64,000 bases of DNA from Eledone cirrhosa (GCA_964016885.1 OZ024740.1:169880001-169944000); one strand, 5' to 3'. Shown: positions 26,922-41,087, counted from the first letter of the stretch. Translations and numbers: made by a program. Notes: a model not told the origin generated them from the letters alone.

Positions 26922-29534
26922 CATATATAGAGAGAAGTATTGTGACAGACAAAATAAAACACAATATTTATATATTTTAAAATGTGTTCATGTGTATGTG
27001 TATGTCTACATTATTTATATATTTTAAAATGTGTTCATGTGTATGTGCATGTCTACGTGTATTCGCCAGTGTGTACGTGAATACATTGGCGAAGCTCATG
27101 TACTTGAATAAACATCGTCTTAACTCGATAAACTAATTATTGACCGAGACAAGATATGTTTGGATATCGCTGTTTAATTAAGACAATACTTCTTTCAAGA
27201 AGGTCTGAAAGGCAAGTGAAAAAGATAACAATATATATTTATCTAGAACTTTAGTCAGTGAAGAAAAAAGAAGAAAGTGGACTTCTAAATAAAGCTAACC
27301 CGTGTATCATTAGTGTTGAAAGATAAATTCATTACAAACCACACTTGACATTGCTTACAAGTCAGCTTAGCCTTAAATGAGGTGGTGAAAGGTCAGTAGC
27401 TAAGTATAAAGCTACTTGGTTGAAATAGGTTCAGATATATACATACATTCAGATACATACATAAACAAATCTCTACATACGCGTATTTACGTGCATGCGC
27501 ATTCACATAGTCACACATACTATATATATATCGCTTTCAATAATTAATTTATCGAAGATAACTACATCTTTAGATAACTTCTGGGATACTGAGATTATCG
27601 ATTAAGATTAAGGTTAAGATTAAACTAATGATATAAAATCTAAAAGATTTATATATATGGTCTACTTTTGACTAGAGAACAGAAAATATTAAAAGGGAAT
27701 AATATACTTTATATATATATATAAACTGATATTTATTTTTATAAACATTGGAGGAATAGTAACTAATTTGAACACATATCTTGTGGGTTGTCCACGATAG
27801 GCAAGGCTAATACACTAGATTGTCTTTCAATAAACCCGAGTTTATTCCTTGTTGCACGCCCACGTTTATTTCATTTTGATTAAACACATAAGTGTTTCAT
27901 ATATTGAAGAGAAAATGGAGAGGTTGCATCGCTCATGCATTGAGCCGCTAATTGCCATGGTACTGGAGCTAGAGTAAACTATCTAAAGTCCTTATTTAAA
28001 GATTGAAATTGGTTATGGCAGGTAACAAATACCCCCAAAACATTCTGTTTGATGCTCAACGACTGTGCCAATTCAATGACCCACTGCCTCAAACTCTTTT
28101 ATCTGCAGAATTTCAGGGGAAAACAAATGGTTTCCACTTCCAATTTTCTTAGGTAATTATAACTTACTGACGTAAGAATGATATTACAATGTCCTAAAAT
28201 AATGAAAATAATCGTTATGAGCTCCGTCTCAAACTGATTGTCATTCCATGTTGAATCTATTTCCTTTCATTTACACTGCATGTTATGAGAAAGAAATGAA
28301 TTAAAAAAATAGTAGTATTATTACAAGCACATATATATTTTTATAGATAATATAGTTCTAATGAGCTCAACGAAGCTAATGATATTACAACTCTGTATGT
28401 TATACCGTTGAATAAGCGTATGGCATAATTTTGTTCACAAATTGAAAACCTATTTTCCTCACTTTATATTTTGTTTATTTATATTGTATGTGCTCGTCTA
28501 CTTCGTCCAAACTGAGATGGGTTGTTAAAGTGCAGATTTAATAACCTATAAACACATTTTGCCAGGTGACTTAGACACAGTGAAAAGGACAATAGTGAAG
28601 TATTTTATTCTGTTCAGTTCAAGAAAGGTTAACCTAGCTGGGTAATGAACTTTAGAATAAATAAAATATGTATTACAGCATCATTATAAAGTAAACACAA
28701 TAAGACCTGCTAAGAAAGCAATGGCAAGTGAAGTTCTACAATGAAGGCAATGTTCAAACTGTATATTTATTTAGTGTATATTTATTCAATGGAAACAAAA
28801 CATAAATACGAAATTTATTTACTGGTTATCTTGCAGGGTGTACTGTCCAGAATTAACGAAATGCACTACCAGCTTTAATTTCCGGGCTCAAAAATAGCTG
28901 TACTTTAAATTAGATCATTATGACACCCATGCGGGTTCAATAATTCCATAAACCTTCCCATAGAAATAACAGCTTTGATGTGTCTGATGAAAAAAACAAT
29001 CTATGAATTGTAGCAGTATTGAAAGGTATTGAACCGTTTCGATTTCCGTTTCCAGGCTAAAAGTATTTCGTTTTTCAAGTGTGTCATGATAAATGCACTG
29101 AGAAAATGTCTAACGGTCTCATTTCGCCACTGTTCATCTCTTGATACAAATAATTTTCTATTTTGTGGATAATAAAATGTAATATTTATTCAAATATTTC
29201 AGACATGGTGACTAAAGTGTGATACCTGCCCAAATTTATGTTGTGAGAGAAAACCTAGGAATTATATGACAATTATATTTACTATGGAGCAAGCCATTGG
29301 CTTAACACCACTTTAAATAAAACAAGCAGTAAACTGATACAATATCATGATGGTAGATGACTGATCCGAGAGAAATTTGCTTTATTACTGAGTTCTTTTA
29401 CACAGTTGAACCGAATAATTTTATACCTGTTGGATTTCCTTCCCCTTTAGATAAATCCACAAATTGCTTTTCCTTTTCAATACCTCGCTTCCACTTACAA
29501 AATGTTCATTTTCTGTCTGTATGAACGCTTATAT

Positions 29535-29650
29535 TCTTCTTCTTCTTCTTCTTCTTCTTCATCTTCTTTTTCTTCTTCTTCTTCTTCTTCTTCTTCTTCT
29601 TCTTCTTCTTCTTCTTCTTCTTCTTCTTCTTCTTCTTCTTCTTCTTCTTC
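29535..29650. repeat. (CTT)n microsatellite, i.e. the (GAA)n tail of the adjacent RTE element
   Basis: Seen directly. Confidence 0.9.
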
Positions 29651-30810
29651 CAATTTTTCCTGAGAGGGTCCTGACAGAAGTAACCGCCACCAACTGATTC
29701 GACTGTACTCCCAAGCGAGACTAGCCGAACTCATGCATATTATCCAACCATCTTGCTCGGGGTCTACCCCCGAGTCTCCTTCCACTTGGTTATGCCTGTA
29801 AAATCTGTCCGGCGATTCTTTCCTGAGACATTCTAATCACATTCCAATAGTATCGGAGCTGTGACCTTTCAATTTGGAAAAGTATTGACTCTACCTGGAG
29901 CGACACTCTGATCTCCGAGTTACGCAATCTATCGTGTAACGTTACTCGAAAGACCCTTCGTGGGAACCCCATTTTGGCCCTTCGTATTCGCAATCGTATT
30001 CCTTCGGTCATTACCCACGTTTCGTGAACATATGTAAGGTTTGTCTCGAATACTGAATTTTACACCTTCTGCTCTTAACCCAGTCCTCTTCCTTCCATCA
30101 CTCGTAAACAAGGCCCCGATACACTTGAACGTCTCCACCTGCTACACTGGAGCTCCATTCACATCATGTAGAGAGCACTGTGCAGCTTCCTTGATAGGAC
30201 GAGTGTCTCAATTCTTGCAGCACTGATTTTCATTCCAGCCATGCGGCACTCAGCATCCAACCTATTAAGTGCAAGGCGGAGATCCCCTTCTGTCGGGCAT
30301 TCGTATAGATACATGAAGCTAACAAGAAGCCAACCATCGATCCCATACTCCTGCACAACCTTCCACAGCAGGACCCGTGGGATGCGATCATATATGCCTT
30401 TTCCATGTCTACAAAGCAAGAATACACCTTTTGGCAGTACTCGTGCGATTTCTCAAAGACCTCTCGCCGTGTGAATATTTAGTCGGCTGTGCTGAGTCCG
30501 GGGAGAAAACCGCAATGTTCATCAGCTAGTGTGTACTCGACATGTTCCTACTTCTCTTTTCCTGACACTTATCATAGACTTTTCCGGGGATGGAGATTTA
30601 ACAAGGAGATCTCTTTGTAATTGAATCAATCTCTCTTGTCTCCTCTTTTGAAAATTAGGATTATCACTCCTGACTGCCATTGCTGAGGTTCCTTTCCAGA
30701 GATTCAGCTCACCCGGCACACACGAGCCAGCAAGAGAATATCTTCTCTATTTAAGGCTTTTAACATCTCGGGCCGAATTTCATCTCCCCCGCGACCTTGC
30801 CACATCTGAG
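29651..30810 (-). mobile_element. Decayed RTE-clade LINE (RT and C-terminal region)
   Basis: CFVDMEKAY-DRIPRVLLWKVVQEYGIDG, GMKIS, ETFKCIGALFTSDGR, RVTLHDRLRNSEIR..IERSQLRYYWNVIRM, GRPRARWLD; many frameshifts. Confidence 0.85.
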
Positions 30811-31599
30811 CTCTTTAATTGCTTTTGTGACCTCAGCTTACGGGAGATTAGTCATCGCTCAAAGATGCTCCTCCTGTACATCAGATGATGCTGTTGTGAT
30901 CAGGTTTAGATCAGCAAAATATTCTCTCAACATCGCTAGAATGCACCTGTCTGTTTATTTTATTTTTATTTCTGTATTATTACTCACCTCTCTTGATACT
31001 TTGTCACACACTTTCCTTTCTCCGTACCCAGTTTCACACCATCTTATTCAAAGAGAACGTCAATCTTATTTTGTTTTTTTGTTTTGGCGTGTATATGTTT
31101 TTCATATCACTATTCATAACATTAAAGTGTGCGGGACTCTACAGCATCAATAATATTGCATCAGAGGACACACCTTATCAACAGAATATTCTGTAAAGTA
31201 AACAACAAAATTATCGAACCGTCTTAATAGTATAAAAAGAAGGCCACGCGTCATGAATTGTTCGATTACTCAGCAAATGTTACGTCTGGCTAATATTGAT
31301 TTCTTACATTGGTACAAAGGCGGGCTAAATGAGACTATGAGGCAGGCATTCTCTAAAAGCATTTAAACATCTTAGTATTGTTAGTTTCTATATGCACTTA
31401 CTTTTAAACTGTTTCCAAATTTCAAAGATACCTATCAATTGATATTAGATGTACTAATAACAATATTTGAATTATTTCATTCGTACCATAGTGATTTTAA
31501 ACCATGACGATTTAACTACTTAGTTCATTTCCGCAAAATATTACAGCGTTTTGCTATTGCTCTTCGAGTTTTAACGACACTATTATAATTGTCTTGTAA

Positions 31600-31985
31600 A
31601 AGGGTGGTGGATTGGCAGTGTTGGTAGAGCGTCAGACACCATGTTTTGCAGCATTTTGTTATGGCTCTTTAAGTTCTGAGTTCAAATCCCACCAGGGTTA
31701 GCTTTGCCTTTCAACCTTACGAGATCGATACAATAAAGCACCAGTAATGCACTGAGATCCATTGAAAATACCCACCCCCTCTTTAAATTGCTGGTCTTAT
31801 GCCTATAGTAGAAATCGCTACTATTATTTTCTTGCAAAAAGGGTGGTGGATTGGCAGTGTTGGTAGAGCACCAAACAATGTTTTGAAGCATTTAGTTACG
31901 TTTTTAGCAAATCCTGCCGATATAAAGTTTACCCTTAAGCCTTTGAGGGTCAACAAATAAAATACGAGTTAAGTACTGGAGTTGA
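31600..31985 (+). mobile_element. Two tandem SINE family 1 copies (31600-31825 and 31840-31985)
   Basis: Both start gggtggtggattggcagtgttggtagagc; the first has B box gagttcaaatccc. Confidence 0.8.
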
Positions 31986-32704
31986 TATAATAATAGCCTC
32001 CTGTTGAAATATCATCATTCTTAATCTTCTGTCTACTTATACTTTCTGATTCCGTTTACCGTTCTGTAGTTCTCCCCAACACCAGTCGCCATTGTAGAAA
32101 ACAAAACTACATTATTTCTTTTATGGTTTTCGTTTTGGTTATTGTTCTTGAGGGGGCCGAAACAGTTAGGATTATCATGATTCACTTTCTCCGTGTCATC
32201 CTACTAATTGGGACCAGAATCCTCAATTCAAATACCATTAAAATTGATGAAGAACCAAATCAAAGAATGACATTTGCTGAAAAAAAATGTTCACTTATTA
32301 TGTTCAGAACTATTCATTGTACTAAATTTCATTAATTTTACTATTCAGTGATTATTCATATGTTAATCTAAAATTATTATATATTTCATTTATTTAATTA
32401 CTTTTACGACGTTTTTTGCAAGTGGTGGGTAGGGGGTCGGGGTAAGTGAACAGACAGTGACATTAGTTTTCTTACTTCATGCACCACAGAACAATACATC
32501 AACCGTATCCACCCTTGCACAATTTCCAGACAAACTAGTATACTGTTTCCAATTATTTTACTACCTGGGCAATACATCACGTCCCTCAATAACACCTGCC
32601 CTCACAACAGTTGCCAAACTACTTTAAAATATTTATCACAATAACAATAATGTTTGTTTCGTTTTACATAACGCTGGAAATAGCATTTACGTGCATATTA
32701 TGCA

Positions 32705-32787
<83 letters not shown>

Positions 32788-32823
32788 ATTCCTCTATCTC
32801 TCTCTATATATATATAGAGAGAG

Positions 32824-32925
32824 AGTTCGGATCTAGCGGTTAAAACGGCAGGAGGTCAGCCGTCGGGGTCCTGAATTTGTTCATAATACCCACACTACTA
32901 ACCCAAGTATCGAGTACTCTGGTGA
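32824..32925 (+). mobile_element. Diverged family A fragment
   Basis: gttcggatctagcggttaaaacggcaggaggtcagccgtcggggtc...gagtactctggtg. Confidence 0.7.
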
Positions 32926-32986
32926 GTAATTGTCTAATTGTTTTTTACCGCCTCCAATCTGATATATATATATATATATATATATA

Positions 32987-33190
32987 ACGAAGGAAGTGTG
33001 GTAAGGAACCAGATGGACCATAACGCACCAGAGTACTCAATACTTAGGGTAGTAGAGTGGGTAATAGGAAAATGTTCAAGACCCCCGACAGCAGAGCTCA
33101 AGCCGTTTCGACGGCTATTTCTGGACTCATTAGTAAGACTCTCTGAGTCCAAAAATAGCCGTCGAAACGGCTTCAGCTCTCATTTTCCTA
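32987..33190 (-). mobile_element. Family A fold-back element
   Basis: acgaaggaagtgtggtaaggaacc...gccgtttcgacggctatt, then a shortened inverted arm; (TA)n flanks. Confidence 0.85.
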
Positions 33191-33258
33191 TATATATATA
33201 TACATATATATAAATCGATCTATTTATTTATTTTCCTCTCCCACCCGCCGTCTCCCCC

Positions 33259-33303
<45 letters not shown>

Positions 33304-33315
<12 letters not shown>

Positions 33316-33481
33316 ATGTATGTATGTATGTATGTATGTATGTATGTATGCATGTATGTATGTATGTATGTATGTATGTATGTATGTATGTATGTATGTA
33401 TGTATGCATGCATGCATGTATGTATGTATGTATGTATGTATGTATGTATGTATGTATGTATGTATGTATGTATGTATGTAT
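33304..33481. repeat. (TATG)n microsatellite
   Basis: Seen directly. Confidence 0.95.
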
Positions 33482-33871
33482 GGGTGTGTATGTCCGTTCA
33501 AACAATTCAGGCCATTACGAAAGTTCTATACAGAGAAAATATACGTCGATATTTAACTTAGTCTCTCAGATCAATAAGCAACTGTAAAACAACAATATAA
33601 CAATAGCCATCATTACACCGTCACTCTTTCTACTCCCCCTTCTCCCTTTCTACCACTACTCACTTACCTGTCCAGAATATACATGTTTTTGTTATGTTGG
33701 TCAGGCACAGCATATAGCTGTTTCTCCACTTTCAGCTTCATAAACCGGAGTTTATCTCTTGCCCTGGTTGAAACCTTGACAACGAACATCGTGTGTCTGT
33801 ATTAGTGATAATAGTTATGGTGATAACCTTGGTTACCTGCTCACTTATTCTTTGTCTATGAAAAATCTTCA

Positions 33872-33911
<40 letters not shown>

Positions 33912-34049
33912 ATATATATTATTCAGTATACAAGTATATATATATATATATGATATATGTTGATGCATATATACAAGTATACTCACACACATATATTATT
34001 CAGTATACAAGTATATATATATATATATGATATATGTTGATGCATATAT

Positions 34050-34098
<49 letters not shown>

Positions 34099-34157
34099 AT
34101 ATGTGGATGCATATATATATGATATATGTGGATGCATATATATATATATATATATAT

Positions 34158-34773
<616 letters not shown>

Positions 34774-34801
34774 CATACACACATATATATATATATATAT
34801 A

Positions 34802-37291
34802 TTCAGGTTTGAGGTTCACCACTGTATAGAGCTGGTCTATTCCGTATGGTCAATCGTAATACAATAATATAGAGAGTACTCAACGTAAGGCAGTTCAACC
34901 GTCTTTGTTTTTGTAGTTGGTGGTGCTATTACGGAGTTAAATATCATAATGAAATGACAGGAGGCTGGATTTGTGTAAATCCTTGAAAGGTTTATTATAC
35001 TATGATCATTTCAATGACCGGGTTCCGTATGAATCCGGTGATATCATCAGGTATTCGACATATAATACGTGAATGTAATAGGTAAAATCCATGGGGCTGA
35101 AAATCGAGACCCGAGGGCGACCGCTATTCTGTTCCTTCAACCTCAGCCGGTCGCCCTGGAGTGACGTGGCTAAAGTTTATAGTATGCTACTACCGGTCAG
35201 ATAAACGTAAACAGAAAGGGATGGGAACATAAGTTAGCGTCAATCTCATGACACAAGGTAAAAGAAAGAAAGGAAGGAAGGAGAGAGAAGAAGGGGGAAG
35301 AAAGAAGAAGAGAAGCCAGGGTTAATGTCATCTAAAACAAGAAAGGCAACTACTACCGGTCAGATATAGGCAAGCAAGAGGGGGAAGGAAGATAAGTCTG
35401 CGGGAGGAAGACAGGAAGAGGGGAGAAGAGAAGGAAGAGAAGAGAGAAGTAGAAAAGTAAGGGTTGATGGCTACAAGAAGGAAGATAGAAAGAAAGAGGA
35501 AGAAAGGTCGATATTAATGTCAGACCACAGTCAGGCCAGGAGTGACGCGAGAAAATTTTCACAGGGACCCGCATATAGCAGAGGTGAATATATTGGGAGT
35601 CAGTGTGTTACAGTGTTTAGACTTCTAGGATGAAGTTAAAAAAATTAATAATCAATATTCAATATTAAAGAGGTTAGAAAATTTAAAGTTCAACAGTTTA
35701 ACATTTTATTGTATAATAGTTCCGATTTGTTCTGTAATTTAAAGGTACTATGTGGCGGTTAAAACACCGGCCGCGCCCCGGGCCCCATGGCGAATTAAGC
35801 TACGCCGAGTATTTTCATTTACCGAAAGAAGGGGAAATTTATTTTTCCAAGCACTCCAGGTAAGCTCGTGCTCCAGGGAGCTGGTCGCGCCGCCATTAAA
35901 ACCCACCCAACAGTCCGACAGAAAGTTGGAACTTTAAAATTTTGCTTAGAGAAGTAGAAGAGTAATGGTTGATGCCTACAAGAAGGAAGATAGAAAGAGA
36001 GAGGAAGGAAGGTCGATATTAATGTCACACCACAGTCGGGCCAGGAGTGGCGCGAGAAAATGTTCACAGGGACCCGCATCTTAGCAGAGGTGAATATATT
36101 GGGAGTCAGTGTGTTACAATGTTTAGACTTATAGGATGAAGTTAAAAAATTAATAATCAATATTCAATATTAAAGAGGTTAGAAAATTTAAAGCTCAATA
36201 GTTTAACACTTTCAGGTTGATATATCTAATAGTTCCGATTTATTCTGTAATTTAAAGGTACTATGTGGCGGTTAAAACACCGGCGGCGCCCCGGGCCCCA
36301 TGACGAATTAAACCACGCCGAGTATTTTCATTTACCGAAAGAAGGGAAAATTTATTTTTCCAAGCACTCCAGGTCAGCTCGTGCGCTAGGTAGCTGGTCG
36401 CGCCGCCATTAAAACCACCCAACAGTCCGACAGAAAGTTGGAACTTTAAAATTTTGCTTAACTCTATCGGATGAAGTTGAAAGAATTCAGAATAACATTA
36501 TAAAACTAAGGAGTAAGAAGATTGAGAATTGAACAAACAGAAAATTGAAGATTAAACATTCAAATAACTTGTATGAGGTTTTGGGTTGCGGGGTTTAATT
36601 AAATAGAGTCTTTTATGAAGAAACGTTAATTGTATTATGTAGATCTGTAATTTATCCTAGTGGGATGTAGAGTACGGGATATAGTCGTGTAATGTTTAAT
36701 TTTTGTTCTCAGGAGGAGACATTCTAGTGTCGTGTGCTAATGGGTACAGGTCCCAATGTGAGGAGTAGAAATACATGGATACATAGAAGTGGAATACGTG
36801 GGAGAGGAGTGGTGTTGGAGTAAGATGGAGAAATCAAGACATAGGAGAATTACAATATAGTTCAGGTTGCAGTATTTATGTTCCAGGGGGGGGGGACAAT
36901 CCTGTGTCGTGTGCTAATGGTGCACGTGAATAAAAGTCCGAATAAGGGAAGTAAAAAGTACATGGATGTATAGAGGTAGAGTACGTGGAAAGGCATTAAT
37001 ACAGCAAAAAAAGATGTGAAGATATAAATAAACAAACAATAGTCGTTGTCTAGTAAATGTAGAGTTCAAGACACAGGAGAAATGCAATATAGTTCAGGTT
37101 GCGGTATTTATGTTCCCAGGGGGAGATATTCCAGTGACGTGTGCTAAGGGTACACGCGAGTAAAAGTCCGAATAAGGGAAGTAGAAAGTACATGGATGTA
37201 TAGAGGTAGAATACGTGGAGAGGCATATGATCATAGTATAATAAACCTTTCAAGGATTTACACAAATCCAGCCTCCTGTCATTTCATTATA
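34802..37291 (-). mobile_element. 2.5-kb PLE-like element in (TA)n with an HHR, an internal tandem duplication of about 510 bp (about 35443-36460) and a 64-bp inverted terminal arm (34946-35009/37227-37290)
   Basis: Repeats seen directly; HHR at 34997-35054; purine/pyrimidine skew like the PLE 3' region. Confidence 0.7.
34997..35054 (-). ncRNA. Type I minimal hammerhead
   Basis: Minus strand: AUAC-CUGAUGA-..ACCGGAUUC(AUACG)GAACCCGGU..-GAAA-UGAUCA(palindrome)-UA-GUAU-AAUAAA. Confidence 0.75.
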
Positions 37292-37304
37292 TATATATAT
37301 ATAT

Positions 37305-38289
37305 TTGGTTTCTGAATTTTTTTAGCAAGATTCTTTATCTGAAAACGTGTGTTGAAACCGATATTGTTATACTTTCGGAGGGTCATGTTGCCAATAAGAA
37401 ACACACGCTTTCACTTCAATTTGTTTTCACTTCAATTTATTATAATAAATTTATAAATTTAGGAATTTATAAATTTCCGGTTGGTTGGTTGATTCCACAA
37501 CCGGATGATTGTTTATATATTGTCAAAGTTCTTTCGTCACACATTATGTGACCTCTTCTGTGACTGGGGATTCTTTTCTTTTCTTTGTTTTTTTTGTTTT
37601 TGTGCCTCTCCTTTGTTCTGTCCTACGTCATCTTGTTTTTGCGTGTGTTGTATGCTTAGTTTGTGCATGTGTTACATCCGGGTGTCTGTGTGTGTTTATA
37701 TTTATTTATTTATTTGTTTATTTATGTGTTACTGGTTGGTTGTTTGTTCTATGTGCGTGTGTGTTTTCATTTTGCCCTTAATTGTAAGTTGTGATGTTGC
37801 TGTTCCATTCATGTTCTCTATTTAATTTTGGTTGGAGTTCATTTATGTTTATTGCCTCTGTGATTTGTCTAAACATTGCGTCTTTTCTGTGTGTAGATTC
37901 TATTTTTATTTCTATGTTCGCTAATTTACCCTTATGTTCTATTTTAGCATGTTGGTAGAGTACAGATGATTCTTTACTATCTTGAAGGTCTCGCCAGTGT
38001 TCATTTATCCGTTCCCCTATACTACGAGCTATCTCACCTATGTACTCTATATTCTTATCTCTACATTGTCCTTCAGTACATCTTATGCTATATACTACAT
38101 TTCACTGAAGAGGTCACAGAATATGTGACGAAAGAACTTTGACAATATATAAACAATCATCCGGTTGTGGAACCAGCCAACCAACCGGAAATTTATAAAT
38201 TCTTAAATTTATAAATTTATTATAATAAATTGAAGTGAAAGCAACTGGTGCGTGTGTTTCTTATTGGCAACATGACCCACCCAAAGTAT

Positions 38290-38295
<6 letters not shown>
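37305..38295. mobile_element. Fold-back HHR element with diverged arms (about 37360-37566/38098-38295) and a spacer of about 530 bp; (TA)n flanks
   Basis: ccacaaccggatgattgtttatatattgtcaaagttctttcgtcac vs gtgacgaaagaactttgacaatatataaacaatcatccggttgtgg. Confidence 0.8.
38102..38143 (+). ncRNA. Minimal hammerhead (minus copy 37522-37566 with CAGAAGA core)
   Basis: UCA-CUGAAGA-G-GUCACA(GAAUA)UGUGAC-GAAA-GAAC-UU-UGA. Confidence 0.7.
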
Positions 38296-38348
<53 letters not shown>

Positions 38349-38351
38349 CAC

Positions 38352-38382
<31 letters not shown>

Positions 38383-38403
38383 TGTGTGTGTATATATATA
38401 TGA

Positions 38404-38438
<35 letters not shown>

Positions 38439-38439
<1 letters not shown>

Positions 38440-38553
38440 CGAAGGAAATGTGGTAAGGAACCAGGTGGACCATAACGCACCAAAGTACTCTATACTTAGG
38501 GTAGAATTAGCCGTCGAAACGGCTTGAGCTCAGCCGTCGGGGTCTTACTTGTT

Positions 38554-38556
<3 letters not shown>
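38439..38556. mobile_element. Family A element, inversion with deletion (junction about 38505)
   Basis: Minus-strand tail joined through an 'aga' microhomology to plus-strand aattagccgtcgaaacggc...ttcct. Confidence 0.8.
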
Positions 38557-38642
<86 letters not shown>

Positions 38643-38715
38643 GTGTGAGTGTGTGTGTGTGTATGTGTGTATATATATGTATATATATGTGTGTGTGTGT
38701 TTGTGTGTTTGTGTG

Positions 38716-38746
<31 letters not shown>

Positions 38747-38774
38747 GTGGGTGTGTGTGTGTATGTATGTATAT

Positions 38775-38812
<38 letters not shown>

Positions 38813-39313
38813 CCAGTGTGTGTTAATGTGTGTACGATAGTATGGGAGAAGAGCATTTATACAGAGGTGAATAATGGAGCCAAATACTGACAATCTGTTA
38901 GATAGTATTGGAATGGTCTGACATAAAAATGAATAATTCGCCACGTTGGGCAACTAATTTTAATGTATAATGGAATAAAACAGTGACTTAAGTGTTTGTT
39001 CTGTGTGAGGCGGATTTGGTGTTGATGTTGGTATTTAGGTAGTGGCAATGATTCAGTTGCTTGTATAGTTATTGGTTCAGGCTGAGGTGACAGTAGTCAC
39101 TCGTAATAAAGGAGTCCACAAACACATATAGGATCAGGTGATTATTGATAAGTTCCAAATATGGCTATCTACATATGTTTGTGTGTAGATCGTTGTATAT
39201 ATACATATATATATACACATGTATATATATATATGTATACTTATATGCATGTATGTATCTCTCCCACTCTCTCACTCTCTCTCTCTTTATATATATATAT
39301 ATATATATATATA

Positions 39314-39955
39314 AATGTAAGTATGCATGTATACGTACATACATATATGTATACAGACGTACAGTAGCTACTGTACGTCTGTATACATATATGTATGTAC
39401 GTATACATGCATACTTACATTTAAGTAAGTGCCATACTAAGAGTGAGAAATGAAATTTCGTTTTCATTTTGTTTCAATTTATCGTTTTCGGTATGCCTGA
39501 CCGATTTAACTCACTCAATATGCAAATTAGGCTGCTCAGCCGTTAATTTTCATAAGGAAAGTATATACTTTCGAACGTTCAACTATCTGGCAGATCGGTA
39601 AACGGTGCTGATGATAGCTAACAAGCTTGAAACTAGTACATCGTTCCTGTGTCAGTGTTGAACAAAAAGGTGACGTGGTTGCCTTAACACCGTATGGCAT
39701 AAATTCAGGCTGTTCAGTTTGTTTACAAACGAACAAAGCGACGTTATAATAAGCGCCGCTAAACTGATACGTGCATATATGTATGTGTACCTGTATGCAT
39801 ATGTATATATATATGTATATATATATATATATGTGCATGCTACTGTACGTCTGTATACATATATGTATGTACGTATACATGCATACTTACATTTAAGTAA
39901 GTGCCATACTAAGAGTGAGAAATGAAATTTCGTTTTCATTTTGTTTCAATTTATA
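39314..39955. mobile_element. Retrozyme-like element: 54-bp inverted arm plus 472-bp-period tandem unit; homolog of the 466-bp array
   Basis: Inversion centre acagtag|ctactgt at 39367/8; ctactgtacgtctg recurs at 39368 and 39840; atgcaaattag...taattttcata shared with the 466-bp unit. Confidence 0.85.
39601..39645 (+). ncRNA. Type I minimal hammerhead
   Basis: AACGGUG-CUGAUGA-UAGCU(AACA)AGCUU-GAAA-CUAG-UA-CAUCGUU. Confidence 0.85.
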
Positions 39956-40014
39956 TATATATATATATATATGCATACACACACATATATATATATCTTT
40001 ATATATATTATATA

Positions 40015-40363
40015 TAAAACTTAAAACCAAAACTGAATACTAACCAATACAATTACTAATTCTCATTTATTCCTAATTAAACTATTTTTCACTAAGAACA
40101 ATTTGTCAGCATTTTCTATACGATATGCGTTATGTGTTGCATTCGATGTCCATGTGATGGTCCAGGTCAGTCAAAATCTTTTCCTGAGTCAGTTTTTTTC
40201 GTTGCTATGGCAATGCGGCTGGACTGCCGATCGCTATATTTGATTTGCAAAGCTGTCTAAACGTATTGTTATAACTCTGGGGTATTATTCTCCATCGAGT
40301 GCTAAGCTGCATTCGTTAGCTTAGCCGCAGCCTAAAGCTTTGTTAATGCTGTACTAAAATTTG
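40015..40363 (+). mobile_element. (TA)n-flanked element whose 5' part matches the sequence just 3' of the HHR at 63724-63763
   Basis: 40015-40120 is the reverse complement of about 63626-63730. Confidence 0.7.
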
Positions 40364-40470
<107 letters not shown>

Positions 40471-40901
40471 TATAAAGAAGGAAGAATCAGTAATGCATCA
40501 AACCTCGTTATTTATAATTTAATACTCTGCTCTGCGCGAGCATCGAGTGCTCAACTGGCATACCGCCTACGGAGGCATTTACCTGCAACCCTACAACAAC
40601 TATATATATATATATATATAGCTAATGGAGTCATAGGAGTACCGTATATTGATATATGGCGTTTCTTGGGCCTTTTCAAACCATCTCTCTCCAGGTCTGA
40701 ATATAAAAGAAAGGAAGTGAAAAAGTGATATAGAGGAATAATCGAACCCTGTCCATGTTTATCCAACTTGAACGCATGAAAGGCAAAGTTGACCTCGATG
40801 AGATTTTAAAACTTTGTGTATGTGTGTGTATGTGTGAGTGTGTGTATGTTTCTGTGCGTGTGTATGTGTTTGTGCGTGTGTGTGTGTTTGTGTGTGCATG
40901 T

Positions 40902-40966
<65 letters not shown>

Positions 40967-41087
40967 ATTCGCTCTCTGTGCTGCAAAGAGTAAACAAAAA
41001 TAGCAAAACAATGGACACAAAACAATGAAAAAGTATATTAGTTTGACGCTTTATATCGAAGCAAAAGAGGCTTAATGGTTCGGATAC

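Noticed and set aside
33105-33135. Minus-strand CTAATGAGTCC...GTCGAAAC as the family A hammerhead core
   Set aside because: Stem II does not pair and other copies lack it; the better-supported core is CUGAGGA in the 50733-50851 copy
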